The translations under genes and the position numbers were made by a program. Shown one piece after another: positions 31,567 to 39,892 of a stretch of DNA of 64,000 nt. Below the pieces are notes generated by a model that was not told the DNA's origin, did not search any database, and saw only the letters and a program-made list of their open reading frames with translations. Numbering within the stretch: the first letter of the stretch is position 1; every line of letters begins with the position of its first letter. This DNA comes from an uncultured Nitrospiraceae bacterium (GTDB lineage: Bacteria; Nitrospirota; Thermodesulfovibrionia; Thermodesulfovibrionales; UBA6898): assembly GCA_963811165.1 (NCBI GenBank), contig CAWEQH010000010.1, forward strand, positions 1,088,001 through 1,152,000, written 5' to 3'.

Positions 31567-33057
31567 TTACCCTTTCAGTATCTCAGGCTCGGTGTGGGGT
31601 ATGAACATCGCGCCCTGAAGCATATTCATCAGGTCCTGGTCCTCGTTCATCTCGCGATAGGTGATCCTGGAGGCGATGTCCTGGACCTCGGCCAAAAGGT
31701 CCCTGTTTAGTAATACCATTTCCGCTCCGCCTAAAGAAGAATTCCCCACAGGGATGAACCTCTCTCTCGGAATGTCCGGAAGCATGCCGATGGTGATCGC
31801 CTTTTCAGGGTCGATCCCGCATCCGAGGGCGCCGGCAATATATACCTTTTTTATGTCTTTAAACGTCAGCCCGACAGACCTCACAAAAACGTAAAGGAAA
31901 GAAAACATGGCGGCCTTCGAAAGAAGGAAATTTTTTATCTCGTTTTCGGTCAGATAAAGTCCGCCTCTTTCGGACCGGTGGAGAAGGTATGCCTTCACCC
32001 CGTCCTTTTCGGCTGTCTCCTGTCCCGTAAACTTTCCGGTCTGGTCGATAATCCCGGCCGAATACATCTCAGAGACAAGGGCTATCAGACCCGAACCGCA
32101 GATGCCCCTGGGCTCCGTGTCTCCGATGACCCTCATCCCGATCTTTCCGCTTATGCGGTCGATCGTCACGTCGGAGATCGTCCCTGTCCCTGCCTTTTTC
32201 CCGATACTGGCCACCCCGCCTTCAAGCGCAGGCCCGGCAGCGCCCGCGCCCACCATGATCCAGTCCCTAAAGCCGAGCGTTATCTCGACATTTGTACCGA
32301 CATCGATGAAAAGCACCGGTTCGTCCTCGCGGTAGACCCCGGCAAAGAGGATGCCGCTTACAATGTCCCCGCCCACATAACTCCCTGCATTGGGGAAGAC
32401 ATACACCGCCGCATTCCTGTTCACCGGAAGCCCCGCCTCTTCCGCCGATACGAAGACGGCCCTGTTTACTGCAGGGACATATGGACTGAGAGGAATATTC
32501 CTTACGTCCAGGCCGAGAAAGAAGTGTGACATGATCGTATTGCCCGCTACCGTCACCGCGAGAACATCCTCAGTCCTGACGCCGTGTCGTTTACACACAC
32601 CTTCAATGGCCAGGGTTACCCCTTTCTCAAGGGCCTTTTTAAGGACCGGAAATTCCCCCATCATCGACCGCTGCACCCTGGTGAGCACATCGTTTCCGAA
32701 ACTCATCTGCGGGTTTTCCGTTTCCCCTGCACCAATCCGCTCCCCCAAAGAAAGATCGAACAAGGAGCATTCTATATTGGTCGAGCCGATATCAAGCGCA
32801 ATGCCGTATATACGGTCTTTCCCTATGTCGAGCAGTCTATGTCCCTCTCCCGTACGACCGACGGCGACCTTCGTCTGAAAACCACTATTACGGAGCTCCT
32901 CAGGCAGCCTCCTCATTATATGAAGCGGGATATCTACATTGTCCAGCCCATGCCTTTTCAGCCCTTCCGAAAGCCTGTCCGCATCAGCCGTCTTATCCGA
33001 AGACGAAGGCCCTTCAACGGCGAGATCAAGAAGAAAAACAAGCGGCTTATGATTCAT
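31567..33057 (-). CDS. ASKHA-domain protein (DUF4445/RACo-like)
   Basis: DIGST, ENPQ..FG.DV..R, DVGTN, AAGPALEG, GICGSG, GNSSL; no N-terminal 2Fe-2S domain. Confidence 0.85.
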   Translation of the reverse strand: MNHKPLVFLLDLAVEGPSSSDKTADADRLSEGLKRHGLDNVDIPLHIMRRLPEELRNSGFQTKVAVGRTGEGHRLLDIGKDRIYGIALDIGSTNIECSLFDLSLGERIGAGETENPQMSFGNDVLTRVQRSMMGEFPVLKKALEKGVTLAIEGVCKRHGVRTEDVLAVTVAGNTIMSHFFLGLDVRNIPLSPYVPAVNRAVFVSAEEAGLPVNRNAAVYVFPNAGSYVGGDIVSGILFAGVYREDEPVLFIDVGTNVEITLGFRDWIMVGAGAAGPALEGGVASIGKKAGTGTISDVTIDRISGKIGMRVIGDTEPRGICGSGLIALVSEMYSAGIIDQTGKFTGQETAEKDGVKAYLLHRSERGGLYLTENEIKNFLLSKAAMFSFLYVFVRSVGLTFKDIKKVYIAGALGCGIDPEKAITIGMLPDIPRERFIPVGNSSLGGAEMVLLNRDLLAEVQDIASRITYREMNEDQDLMNMLQGAMFIPHTEPEILKG

Positions 33058-34966
33058 ACATGATCTTCCCCATATCGGATACGTCATACCCCCCGAGCGC
33101 CTCGACCGAGGTCCTGAACTCACTGTTCTCTCTGATTATTTGCAAGAGGGCAGACAGGGAAGGCATCCCGATAAAATCAGCAGGGATCGCCAGGTCATAT
33201 CGCTCCTTGGCAAGCGGGATGAAATCGAGGCCGAGCGCCTCTGCAGAAGCGAGTATCCCCATGCCCGTGTCGGCGATACCGGTAAGGACTGCAGAAGCGA
33301 CACCCATATGGGTGTACTCCTCGCGTTCGTATCCTTTGACGTCCTTAGAAGCGATACCCAACTCCTTAAGGTATTTATCGGTGAGGAGTCTCGTTCCTGC
33401 GCCGGACTGCCTGTTGATGAAAACAACATCCTCCCTGGTCAGGTCCGCGAACCCTCGTATGTCCCTGGGGTTCCCCTTGGGCACCATAAGCCCCTGCTGG
33501 CGGTAAACCAGGTTCACAAGGATTATCTTCTTCTTCGTAAGAATTCTCCGGATATAGGGCACGTTATATTGGCCTGTTTCTTCATCCAGGAGGTGGGTGC
33601 CTGCCATATGGGCCTCTCCCTTTTTAAGCGCGATCAGCCCTCCCATAGATCCGACATGGGCCGAGGAGAGCGAATACGCGGGATGGGTTTTCTTAAGGAT
33701 GTTGGCAAGAATATCGAGCGCGTTGTCATGGCTTCCTATACAGACAACGGTATTTTCTATCTCCTTTTTATCCCTGAGCATCTCGACGTCCACTTCGGTC
33801 CCCGTGCCGAACCCTTCAGACATGGCGGGTATCCTCACGACACCGTCGGCACGGACCAGCGACATGAGCACGCCTGCGCCCCTGCTTACCGGAGTGGCGA
33901 TAAGGTTTTCGCCCACCCTTCCGAGTTTCACCCGAAGAAATTCCTCCTGCCCCAAAGACGAGGCCACCTGCCGTGAAAGCCGCGCTTTCATGAACTCCGG
34001 GTCGGGCGCTTCGAGCCCTTGCCATTTGTACAGAAGGCCCTTCGCAAAGAGTGTGAAGGTTATATATGCAGAGACCGGGTAACCCGGGATGCCGAGCACA
34101 GGCCTTCCCTTGGCCCATCCGAGGATAACCGGTTTACCGGGTTTGATGTTTATGCCGTGAAGCAGCACCTCGCCAAGCCCGGCGATGACCTGTGCAGTAT
34201 AGTCTTCTGAGCCGGCAGAGGAGCCCGCATTAATCACGACCAAGTCCCCCATCCGGCACCCCTCCATGACGGCGCTCTTTATCTTGTCGATGTCGTCGGG
34301 CACGGGGTCAAACCTCACGGGTGTCCCTCCCCATTCAGTGACCATCGAGGACAATATCCGCGAATTATATTCGATGATGTCCCCCTTTTTGAGGTCCGTC
34401 CCAGGCTCCACAATCTCCGATCCCGTGGGGATAATCACCACCTTCGGTCTTCTTCGAACGTTTATCTCCAGATGTCCGCCTGAAATGACCGCACCGATAT
34501 CGACCGGCCTCATCCTGTGGTTTTCAGGCACGATCAGTTCGGTAGAAACGATGTCTTCCCCTATGACCCTCACGTGCTGCCAAGGGGCAGCGGGCGCGAG
34601 TATTTCGATATGACCTTCCGAAACATTCACCTCCTCTATCATGATCACCGCGTTAAAGCCCTCGGGAAGGGGATCGCCAGTGTCTGCATATACGGCCTCC
34701 TGCCCGAGTTTCAGCCTCTTGGGGACGGACTCCGAGGCGCCGAAGGTCTCTGAGAATCTCACCGCATATCCGTCCATGGCCGACGAATGGTAGAAAGGCG
34801 AGGAGAGCCTCGCAAAAACAGCCCCGGAGGTTATTCTCCCCAGCGAATCTCCGACCGATACCGGCTCACCCTCAAGCGGCCTGACCCCCTCGGAAGCTAT
34901 CTTCTCCGCCCAGAGTTTCAGGGCATCGGCCAAAGGGGTGTTTTCGAGGTATATTCCTTTCTTCAT
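33047..34966 (-). CDS. moeA: Molybdopterin biosynthesis protein MoeA fused to a C-terminal PBP (LysR substrate-binding-like) domain
   Basis: SAMDGYAV, IKPGKP, PGYPVS, then IGSHD, GSMGGL, NRQSGAGTR. Confidence 0.9.
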   Translation of the reverse strand: MKKGIYLENTPLADALKLWAEKIASEGVRPLEGEPVSVGDSLGRITSGAVFARLSSPFYHSSAMDGYAVRFSETFGASESVPKRLKLGQEAVYADTGDPLPEGFNAVIMIEEVNVSEGHIEILAPAAPWQHVRVIGEDIVSTELIVPENHRMRPVDIGAVISGGHLEINVRRRPKVVIIPTGSEIVEPGTDLKKGDIIEYNSRILSSMVTEWGGTPVRFDPVPDDIDKIKSAVMEGCRMGDLVVINAGSSAGSEDYTAQVIAGLGEVLLHGINIKPGKPVILGWAKGRPVLGIPGYPVSAYITFTLFAKGLLYKWQGLEAPDPEFMKARLSRQVASSLGQEEFLRVKLGRVGENLIATPVSRGAGVLMSLVRADGVVRIPAMSEGFGTGTEVDVEMLRDKKEIENTVVCIGSHDNALDILANILKKTHPAYSLSSAHVGSMGGLIALKKGEAHMAGTHLLDEETGQYNVPYIRRILTKKKIILVNLVYRQQGLMVPKGNPRDIRGFADLTREDVVFINRQSGAGTRLLTDKYLKELGIASKDVKGYEREEYTHMGVASAVLTGIADTGMGILASAEALGLDFIPLAKERYDLAIPADFIGMPSLSALLQIIRENSEFRTSVEALGGYDVSDMGKIMYES

Positions 34967-35051
34967 CAATTTCTCCTTCTCACAAGTAAAAACATCTTTT
35001 ATTATCAATGATTATCCCCTTTAAATCAACGGCTCAGCCAGGAATTTCGCA

Positions 35052-35186
35052 ATAAGAGAGGACTATCTTTTCGCTCATTCTCGTCCCGAAAGCATTCGGG
35101 ACTCCGAGGCTTTTGCCTCTTTATTTAAGAAGAGCATACTTAAGAATATCGGCAAAAGAAACCGCTCAAAGAAAGTCCTCTCTTAT
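35052..35186 (-). repeat. Structured non-coding motif, copy A
   Basis: 13-bp perfect closing stem ATAAGAGAGGACT/AGTCCTCTCTTAT enclosing the conserved blocks. Confidence 0.7.
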
Positions 35187-35254
35187 GCATTTATCGGTTG
35201 CAAAATAAATGAACTAAGCTTCCCGAGTCACAAAGGCCCCTCTAAGTATGAAGA

Positions 35255-35368
35255 AACGAATGGGACCGCATTTGAGCGGCTTCAATTTCTCGTATGTGCC
35301 TGCCGCAGGCAGGCGAGAAATTGCCTCGGAGCGTAGCGAGAATGAGCGAAAAAGCGGTCCCATTCGTT
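35255..35368 (+). repeat. Structured non-coding motif, copy B
   Basis: 15-bp perfect closing stem AACGAATGGGACCGC/GCGGTCCCATTCGTT enclosing the conserved blocks. Confidence 0.7.
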
Positions 35369-35447
35369 ATCCACGATTATCTGTCCTGACTGCATGACGT
35401 GTAGTGTTTAGGATTTTTTTAGCCCGGACCGGGCCGCATCAGCACCT

Positions 35448-35924
35448 TCAGAGATTGCTGGCGACGATTCTCCCTGCGTCATCCATGCTGAGATGACAGT
35501 AGACAAGGAGTTTCTTTCTTTCAAGTTTCGAATCTATCCTCGTCTTTGCGGTATTACAGACCCTCCTGAGGACATCGAACCTCTTACTGTAATAAAGCCA
35601 GGGTAAGAGGTCGGCCACTTCGGACTTTTTAAACGGTCCGATTTCATCATCACCGACGCCGGCCCTCTTAAGGAGCGCCAGAACGTCATGGACCAGGGGG
35701 CGGCCGGACGTCCATAAGGCCACCTCGAGCATCGCTTCCCAGCCCGCTGAAATGTGAAGTTTGGAGCAGTTCTCCAGATCGGCCGAAAGGATGGCGGCGA
35801 CCATACTCTCCCCGGCCGGGCAATAGCAAGCGTCATCGAGCGAAAAAAGGTTTTGATGAGACCTTTTCGAAGCCTCTCCCTGATACAGCACTACCTCTTT
35901 CAATCTGCCGGAAAAAGTTTCCAA
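35448..35924 (-). CDS. Hypothetical protein
   Basis: 158-aa ORF co-oriented with its neighbours; TTG start uncertain. Confidence 0.55.
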   Translation of the reverse strand: METFSGRLKEVVLYQGEASKRSHQNLFSLDDACYCPAGESMVAAILSADLENCSKLHISAGWEAMLEVALWTSGRPLVHDVLALLKRAGVGDDEIGPFKKSEVADLLPWLYYSKRFDVLRRVCNTAKTRIDSKLERKKLLVYCHLSMDDAGRIVASNL

Positions 35925-36020
35925 TGAATTAAAATACCATAAAATCCTTCTTTTTCAAAAAACAAAAAAACTCCTCCCCATATCTTCTCACGCCTTCGCA
36001 AGCATAGGCATAGTGGTCGT

Positions 36021-36320
36021 TTAGCCGTACCACCAATCAAGGGCGTCGGTGAGTTTCTCTCTTCTGCTTTCGATCTCCTCTTGTGTGCTCCTGAAATCTA
36101 CAGGACAGGCCTTTGTGAGCGACTCGAGCTTTTTCTCGATATAGTCCACTAGGTCGAACAGTTCAAAATATTCCTGCCGGCGCGCTTCTTCTGCGGCAGT
36201 TGTCGTCTCAACACTACAGACAAGGCCAAAGGCCTTTTTCTTCATCTCGCTCAGTTCCCTGTATACGCTTTCGCAGTAATTACGGACGTCTATATCTTCT
36301 TTTATCGCTGCCGTTGCCAT
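36021..36320 (-). CDS. Hypothetical helical protein downstream of a c-di-GMP riboswitch
   Basis: GAGGAGG SD before ATG 36320; 99 aa with NYC...CP motifs. Confidence 0.75.
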   Translation of the reverse strand: MATAAIKEDIDVRNYCESVYRELSEMKKKAFGLVCSVETTTAAEEARRQEYFELFDLVDYIEKKLESLTKACPVDFRSTQEEIESRREKLTDALDWWYG

Positions 36321-36360
36321 GGGTCGCCTCCTCTCCTTCGGCCGCTCCGGCACAGTAACC

Positions 36361-36476
36361 AAAAAGGCCGAGCAGACCGAAGATACTTCATATTCCTTCG
36401 GCAGCTCGGCCGTCTCCCTATGAGAAGATCCGCCGCTTTCCGTCCCCCCTTTCGAAGGGTTTAGCTTTTCGGGAAA
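36361..36476 (-). promoter_or_regulatory. c-di-GMP-I (GEMM-I) riboswitch with overlapping terminator
   Basis: GAAAAGCTAAACCCTTCGAAAGGGGGGACGGAAAGCGGCGGATCT...AGACGGCCGAGCTGCCG, then CTTCGG..GCTCGGCC-TTTTT. Confidence 0.88.
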
Positions 36477-36538
36477 TCTTTTTCTCTACTTTATTTTAAC
36501 TCCAATCGCCGGACAGGTCAAAAATGAAGAAGATTGGG

Positions 36539-37531
36539 TCAGACTTGCCTGTTGCACCGTTCCACCGCGTCACGTAACCTCTTTTCAGCTTCCCGGTATT
36601 GCGTGGCGACTTCCCCGTCGCAGAGCGAACGCGCAAATTTTTCAACGCCGGATTCCAGCGGCCCCTCACGTACAGGTATCCTGCGGATGTTGTACCGGGT
36701 TTGTCCCTTTTCATTGCTCCCGCCGTAGGCCGAAAAGATCACCTCAATCGAAAGATCGAGGGCCGCGAGGACCGTCCTTTCGTCGTAATCTCTGAACAGT
36801 CTTCCGAAAGGCACACTGAACATCGGGGGACCTCCCCCGATCCTGTTTCGGTAAAAAGCAGCACTCCCGGATATCTCGTCCTGCAGCTCTTCATCAGCCA
36901 GTCCCTTCATGACAGGATGGGTCCGGGTATGGATACCGAAGGTGACGAGGGGATTGGCCTTCAGCCTCTCTATATCGTCACAGGAAAGAAAGAGTTCGGC
37001 TTCCTTGTCGCGGTACTCTTCCTCGCCGATAATATGTCTTGAGATCCCCTCCATTACCCGCCTGGTTTTCTCCCTATGGTAATTGCTTCGGGTGAAACTG
37101 ACGATATCTTCTTCCCGTATCGAGACGCCGTATTCGGCGTTCACGAGAGCCGCCAGGGCCTTGCCGAAACCGGCGTTGATGCAGTAATTATAGAGATATC
37201 TCCAGTATATGGCCTTGTCTCCTACACAGTCCGTAATGAGAAAGCACGTCGAAGGCATGCCCAGCGACTCCAGGATGGGAACTGCGCCCAGGGCGTACGA
37301 CTTCGGGCCGTCGTCGAACGTGACCGAAAGAAAGCGTCCCTGTTTTCCCTCTCCCGTAGAAATAAGGTCCACGAGCTTCCGTAGATCTACCACATCGAAT
37401 TCCCTCTTGATGGCCATACACACATCACGGAAAATCTCCGGGCGGATATTGCCGAGGTCCTTCAGGGACAATCTGTTGCGGGCATCTACGGAATGAAAGA
37501 GAAGGACAACGTACGATGGGTTGTCTTTCAT
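36539..37531 (-). CDS. Polysaccharide deacetylase (NodB/CE4)
   Basis: LLFH, TFDDG, HTRTH, FSVPFG. Confidence 0.85.
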   Translation of the reverse strand: MKDNPSYVVLLFHSVDARNRLSLKDLGNIRPEIFRDVCMAIKREFDVVDLRKLVDLISTGEGKQGRFLSVTFDDGPKSYALGAVPILESLGMPSTCFLITDCVGDKAIYWRYLYNYCINAGFGKALAALVNAEYGVSIREEDIVSFTRSNYHREKTRRVMEGISRHIIGEEEYRDKEAELFLSCDDIERLKANPLVTFGIHTRTHPVMKGLADEELQDEISGSAAFYRNRIGGGPPMFSVPFGRLFRDYDERTVLAALDLSIEVIFSAYGGSNEKGQTRYNIRRIPVREGPLESGVEKFARSLCDGEVATQYREAEKRLRDAVERCNRQV

Positions 37532-38412
37532 CTGAAGAGCCTGGGAGGGACATACCCCAGGAGAGGGACCCTCGCGTCGGCCGATTGTTTGTCGGCATTA
37601 TATCTGCCGATAATGCCCCCTTCGATACGGGCGAGGCAGCGACGCGCGACATCGGCAGTAAAATCTTTTGTGCGGTAAAGCTTCCCGCTTTCCCTGGGCT
37701 GTGTATGGGAAACTGCAACTCCCTTTCTCATCATCACGTCTATAGCGTCTTCAACCAGCTCCATCCCCTCGGCAATGACCTTCAGAAAGATAGTATTCAG
37801 GTCGTCGCGTTCGTCGAGGACCGGTCTCGTCTGAAAAATGATATCGCCTGTGTCGATTCCCGGATCGACATGGTGCACGGTCGCGCCGATATACTCCGGC
37901 TCATTATTTACAATCGGCCATCCGTAACTCCATGTGCCTCTGTAATAGGGCGAAAGCCCGGAATGGAGGTTGATCGCCCCGACCGGGGGAACAGAGATCA
38001 CCTTTGGAGAAATGACGCTGCTGCCAAGTACCGCGATGAGGTCGGGTCTGAGCCCTGCAAGGAAAGAGACAAACCCGTCGCTGTTTATCTCCCCGCATTT
38101 CACGTTGAGATACTTCGTGCCCGTCCTCTCGACGACAACGTCAAAGGGGGACCTGAGAAAGTCTTTCAATATCCTGTGGTATCTGAACCCGGCAGAGAAA
38201 TTTTCATGGAACTCATCGAGATAGAGGCTGTCTTTTATTTCACGCATTCCGTTTCGCCTCAGGGCATTGTTCATGAAGAGACGGACCCTGCTTTCCCGGC
38301 GGGACTCCGGATACGCCTCTCTTACCACGCATGCAACATCGAACTTCTCCTGGAGCCTGTTTATGAAGCTTGTATGATGAAACCCTGTCCTTGTGAGTAT
38401 GACGATTTTCAT
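37528..38412 (-). CDS. Formyltransferase-domain protein
   Basis: INLHSGLSPYYRG, GATVH, GIDTGDI; ATGA overlap with the deacetylase. Confidence 0.85.
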   Translation of the reverse strand: MKIVILTRTGFHHTSFINRLQEKFDVACVVREAYPESRRESRVRLFMNNALRRNGMREIKDSLYLDEFHENFSAGFRYHRILKDFLRSPFDVVVERTGTKYLNVKCGEINSDGFVSFLAGLRPDLIAVLGSSVISPKVISVPPVGAINLHSGLSPYYRGTWSYGWPIVNNEPEYIGATVHHVDPGIDTGDIIFQTRPVLDERDDLNTIFLKVIAEGMELVEDAIDVMMRKGVAVSHTQPRESGKLYRTKDFTADVARRCLARIEGGIIGRYNADKQSADARVPLLGYVPPRLFR

Positions 38413-38446
38413 TATTAACGGTCTCAAAATAGTATTTATATAATTT

Positions 38447-38527
38447 GTCATGCCGGACTTGATCCGGTATCCAGCGACTTTAAAAGGCCAATACATGGAT
38501 TCCGGCTCAACACACCGCCGGAATGAC
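38447..38527. repeat. REP-like composite palindrome
   Basis: GTCATGCCGGACTTGATCCGGTATCCAG...TGGATTCCGG...CCGGAATGAC; homologous to 21865-21936. Confidence 0.7.
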
Positions 38528-38541
38528 GGCCCTTAATAAGG

Positions 38542-39795
38542 CTAAAAAAGTCTCACGTCCACGACCTCGCCCGCTTCCACGCCGTTTATATGAAGGGGTA
38601 TTACGATGGTCCCATCGGCCTTCACCAGCGTGGCAATCAATCCTGATTTACCAAGTACCGGCACCGCCCAAAGTCCGTCTTCTCTTTCTTCGATCATCAC
38701 CCGTATATGTTCCTCCCTCCCCTGTGAGGAAGAAACGTTCTTTGAGAGTCTCGCCTTGAGCATGTTCCTGCCGTGTCCCGGAAACTTCTCTCTAAGCCCC
38801 GACAGGCGGGCCAGGACAGGCCGGATAAATACATCGAAGCAGACGCTGACGGCAGCCGGGTGTCCGGGAAGACCGAACACAGGCACAGCCCCGATAAGCC
38901 CGCCTATCATCGGCTTGCCGGGCTTCAGAGAGACGCCGTGAAAGACGATCCCGGGGTCCCCGATTTCCTCGACTATCCTGGCTATCATGTCCTTTGTGCC
39001 GACCGAAGTCCCTCCGGAAAGGATAATAAGGTCGGAATCATTCAGAGAACTTTCGACCGCCGCCCGCAGCACCCCGTAATCATCCCTGAAAATTCCCTTA
39101 CGAAGCGGAACTGCGCCCTCAATGGAAAGCATCGCCGACAGGACATATGAGTTGATGTCCCTGACCTGCCCCGGGGCGGGCGAGATTTCTGCGGGGACAA
39201 TCTCATCCCCGGAAGAAATGATAGATGCCCTCAGCCTCTTATATACGTTAAGCTCCGTCAGACCGATACCGGCACAGGCGCCGATATCCTGGGGCCTTAT
39301 CCTCCTGCCCTTCCTAAGTACCGTTTCGCCCTTTTTTACGTCCTCTCCGGGCTGTATCACGTTTTCCCCCGGCACCACGGGCCTGAGTACTTCAATCATG
39401 GTTTCGTCCACTGTCTGGACATGTTCGAACATTACCACGGCATCTGCACCTTGAGGCAGCATGCCTCCCGTCGGTATCTTGCAGGCGATCCCTCTGGATA
39501 CGACGACCCCGGGACTCTCGCCCATGAAGATCTCTTCAGAGAGTGTCACATAAGCAGGCATCGCCTCTGAGGCGCCGAAGGTGTCTTCCGCCGTCACTGC
39601 ATATCCATCGACAGTAGACCGAGCGAAGTGAGGCAGGTCTTCAGCCGACTTTACTTCTTCGGCACATATCATGCCCAGTGTGTCCTCTATAGGCAACCGC
39701 ATCACATGCGGCACCCTTGCGGGCAGTCCCTCAAGCAAAAGCCTGAGTGCCGCCTCGGCAGAGACCGCGTTTGCCCGTCCAAGCATGTCTTTCAT
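38542..39795 (-). CDS. moeA: Molybdopterin molybdotransferase
   Basis: RSTVDGYAV, TGGMLP.GADAVV, SSGDE, SGGTS, KPGKP, GLPGHP. Confidence 0.93.
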   Translation of the reverse strand: MKDMLGRANAVSAEAALRLLLEGLPARVPHVMRLPIEDTLGMICAEEVKSAEDLPHFARSTVDGYAVTAEDTFGASEAMPAYVTLSEEIFMGESPGVVVSRGIACKIPTGGMLPQGADAVVMFEHVQTVDETMIEVLRPVVPGENVIQPGEDVKKGETVLRKGRRIRPQDIGACAGIGLTELNVYKRLRASIISSGDEIVPAEISPAPGQVRDINSYVLSAMLSIEGAVPLRKGIFRDDYGVLRAAVESSLNDSDLIILSGGTSVGTKDMIARIVEEIGDPGIVFHGVSLKPGKPMIGGLIGAVPVFGLPGHPAAVSVCFDVFIRPVLARLSGLREKFPGHGRNMLKARLSKNVSSSQGREEHIRVMIEEREDGLWAVPVLGKSGLIATLVKADGTIVIPLHINGVEAGEVVDVRLF

Positions 39796-39834
39796 AACAT
39801 CTATTATAGAATGACTATCCCAAAATTAGTGTCC

Positions 39835-39866
39835 AAAAAAAAAGCCCCGGATCACTCCGGGGCCCG
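39835..39866 (-). terminator. Intrinsic terminator of cytochrome copy 2
   Basis: GCCCCGGA/TCCGGGGC stem plus T run on the minus strand; paralogous one at 42295-42324. Confidence 0.8.
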
Positions 39867-39892
39867 AATGCAAAATTATTCTCCCATGCTAG

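Noticed and set aside
35255..35368. Hammerhead ribozyme call for the three-copy motif
   Set aside because: Canonical CUGANGA and GAAA cores are not present in the required arrangement in all copies.
35040..35400. Moco riboswitch or CRISPR array upstream of moeA
   Set aside because: CTCCGAG is on the wrong strand and other Moco elements are missing; there is no repeat-spacer periodicity and no cas gene.
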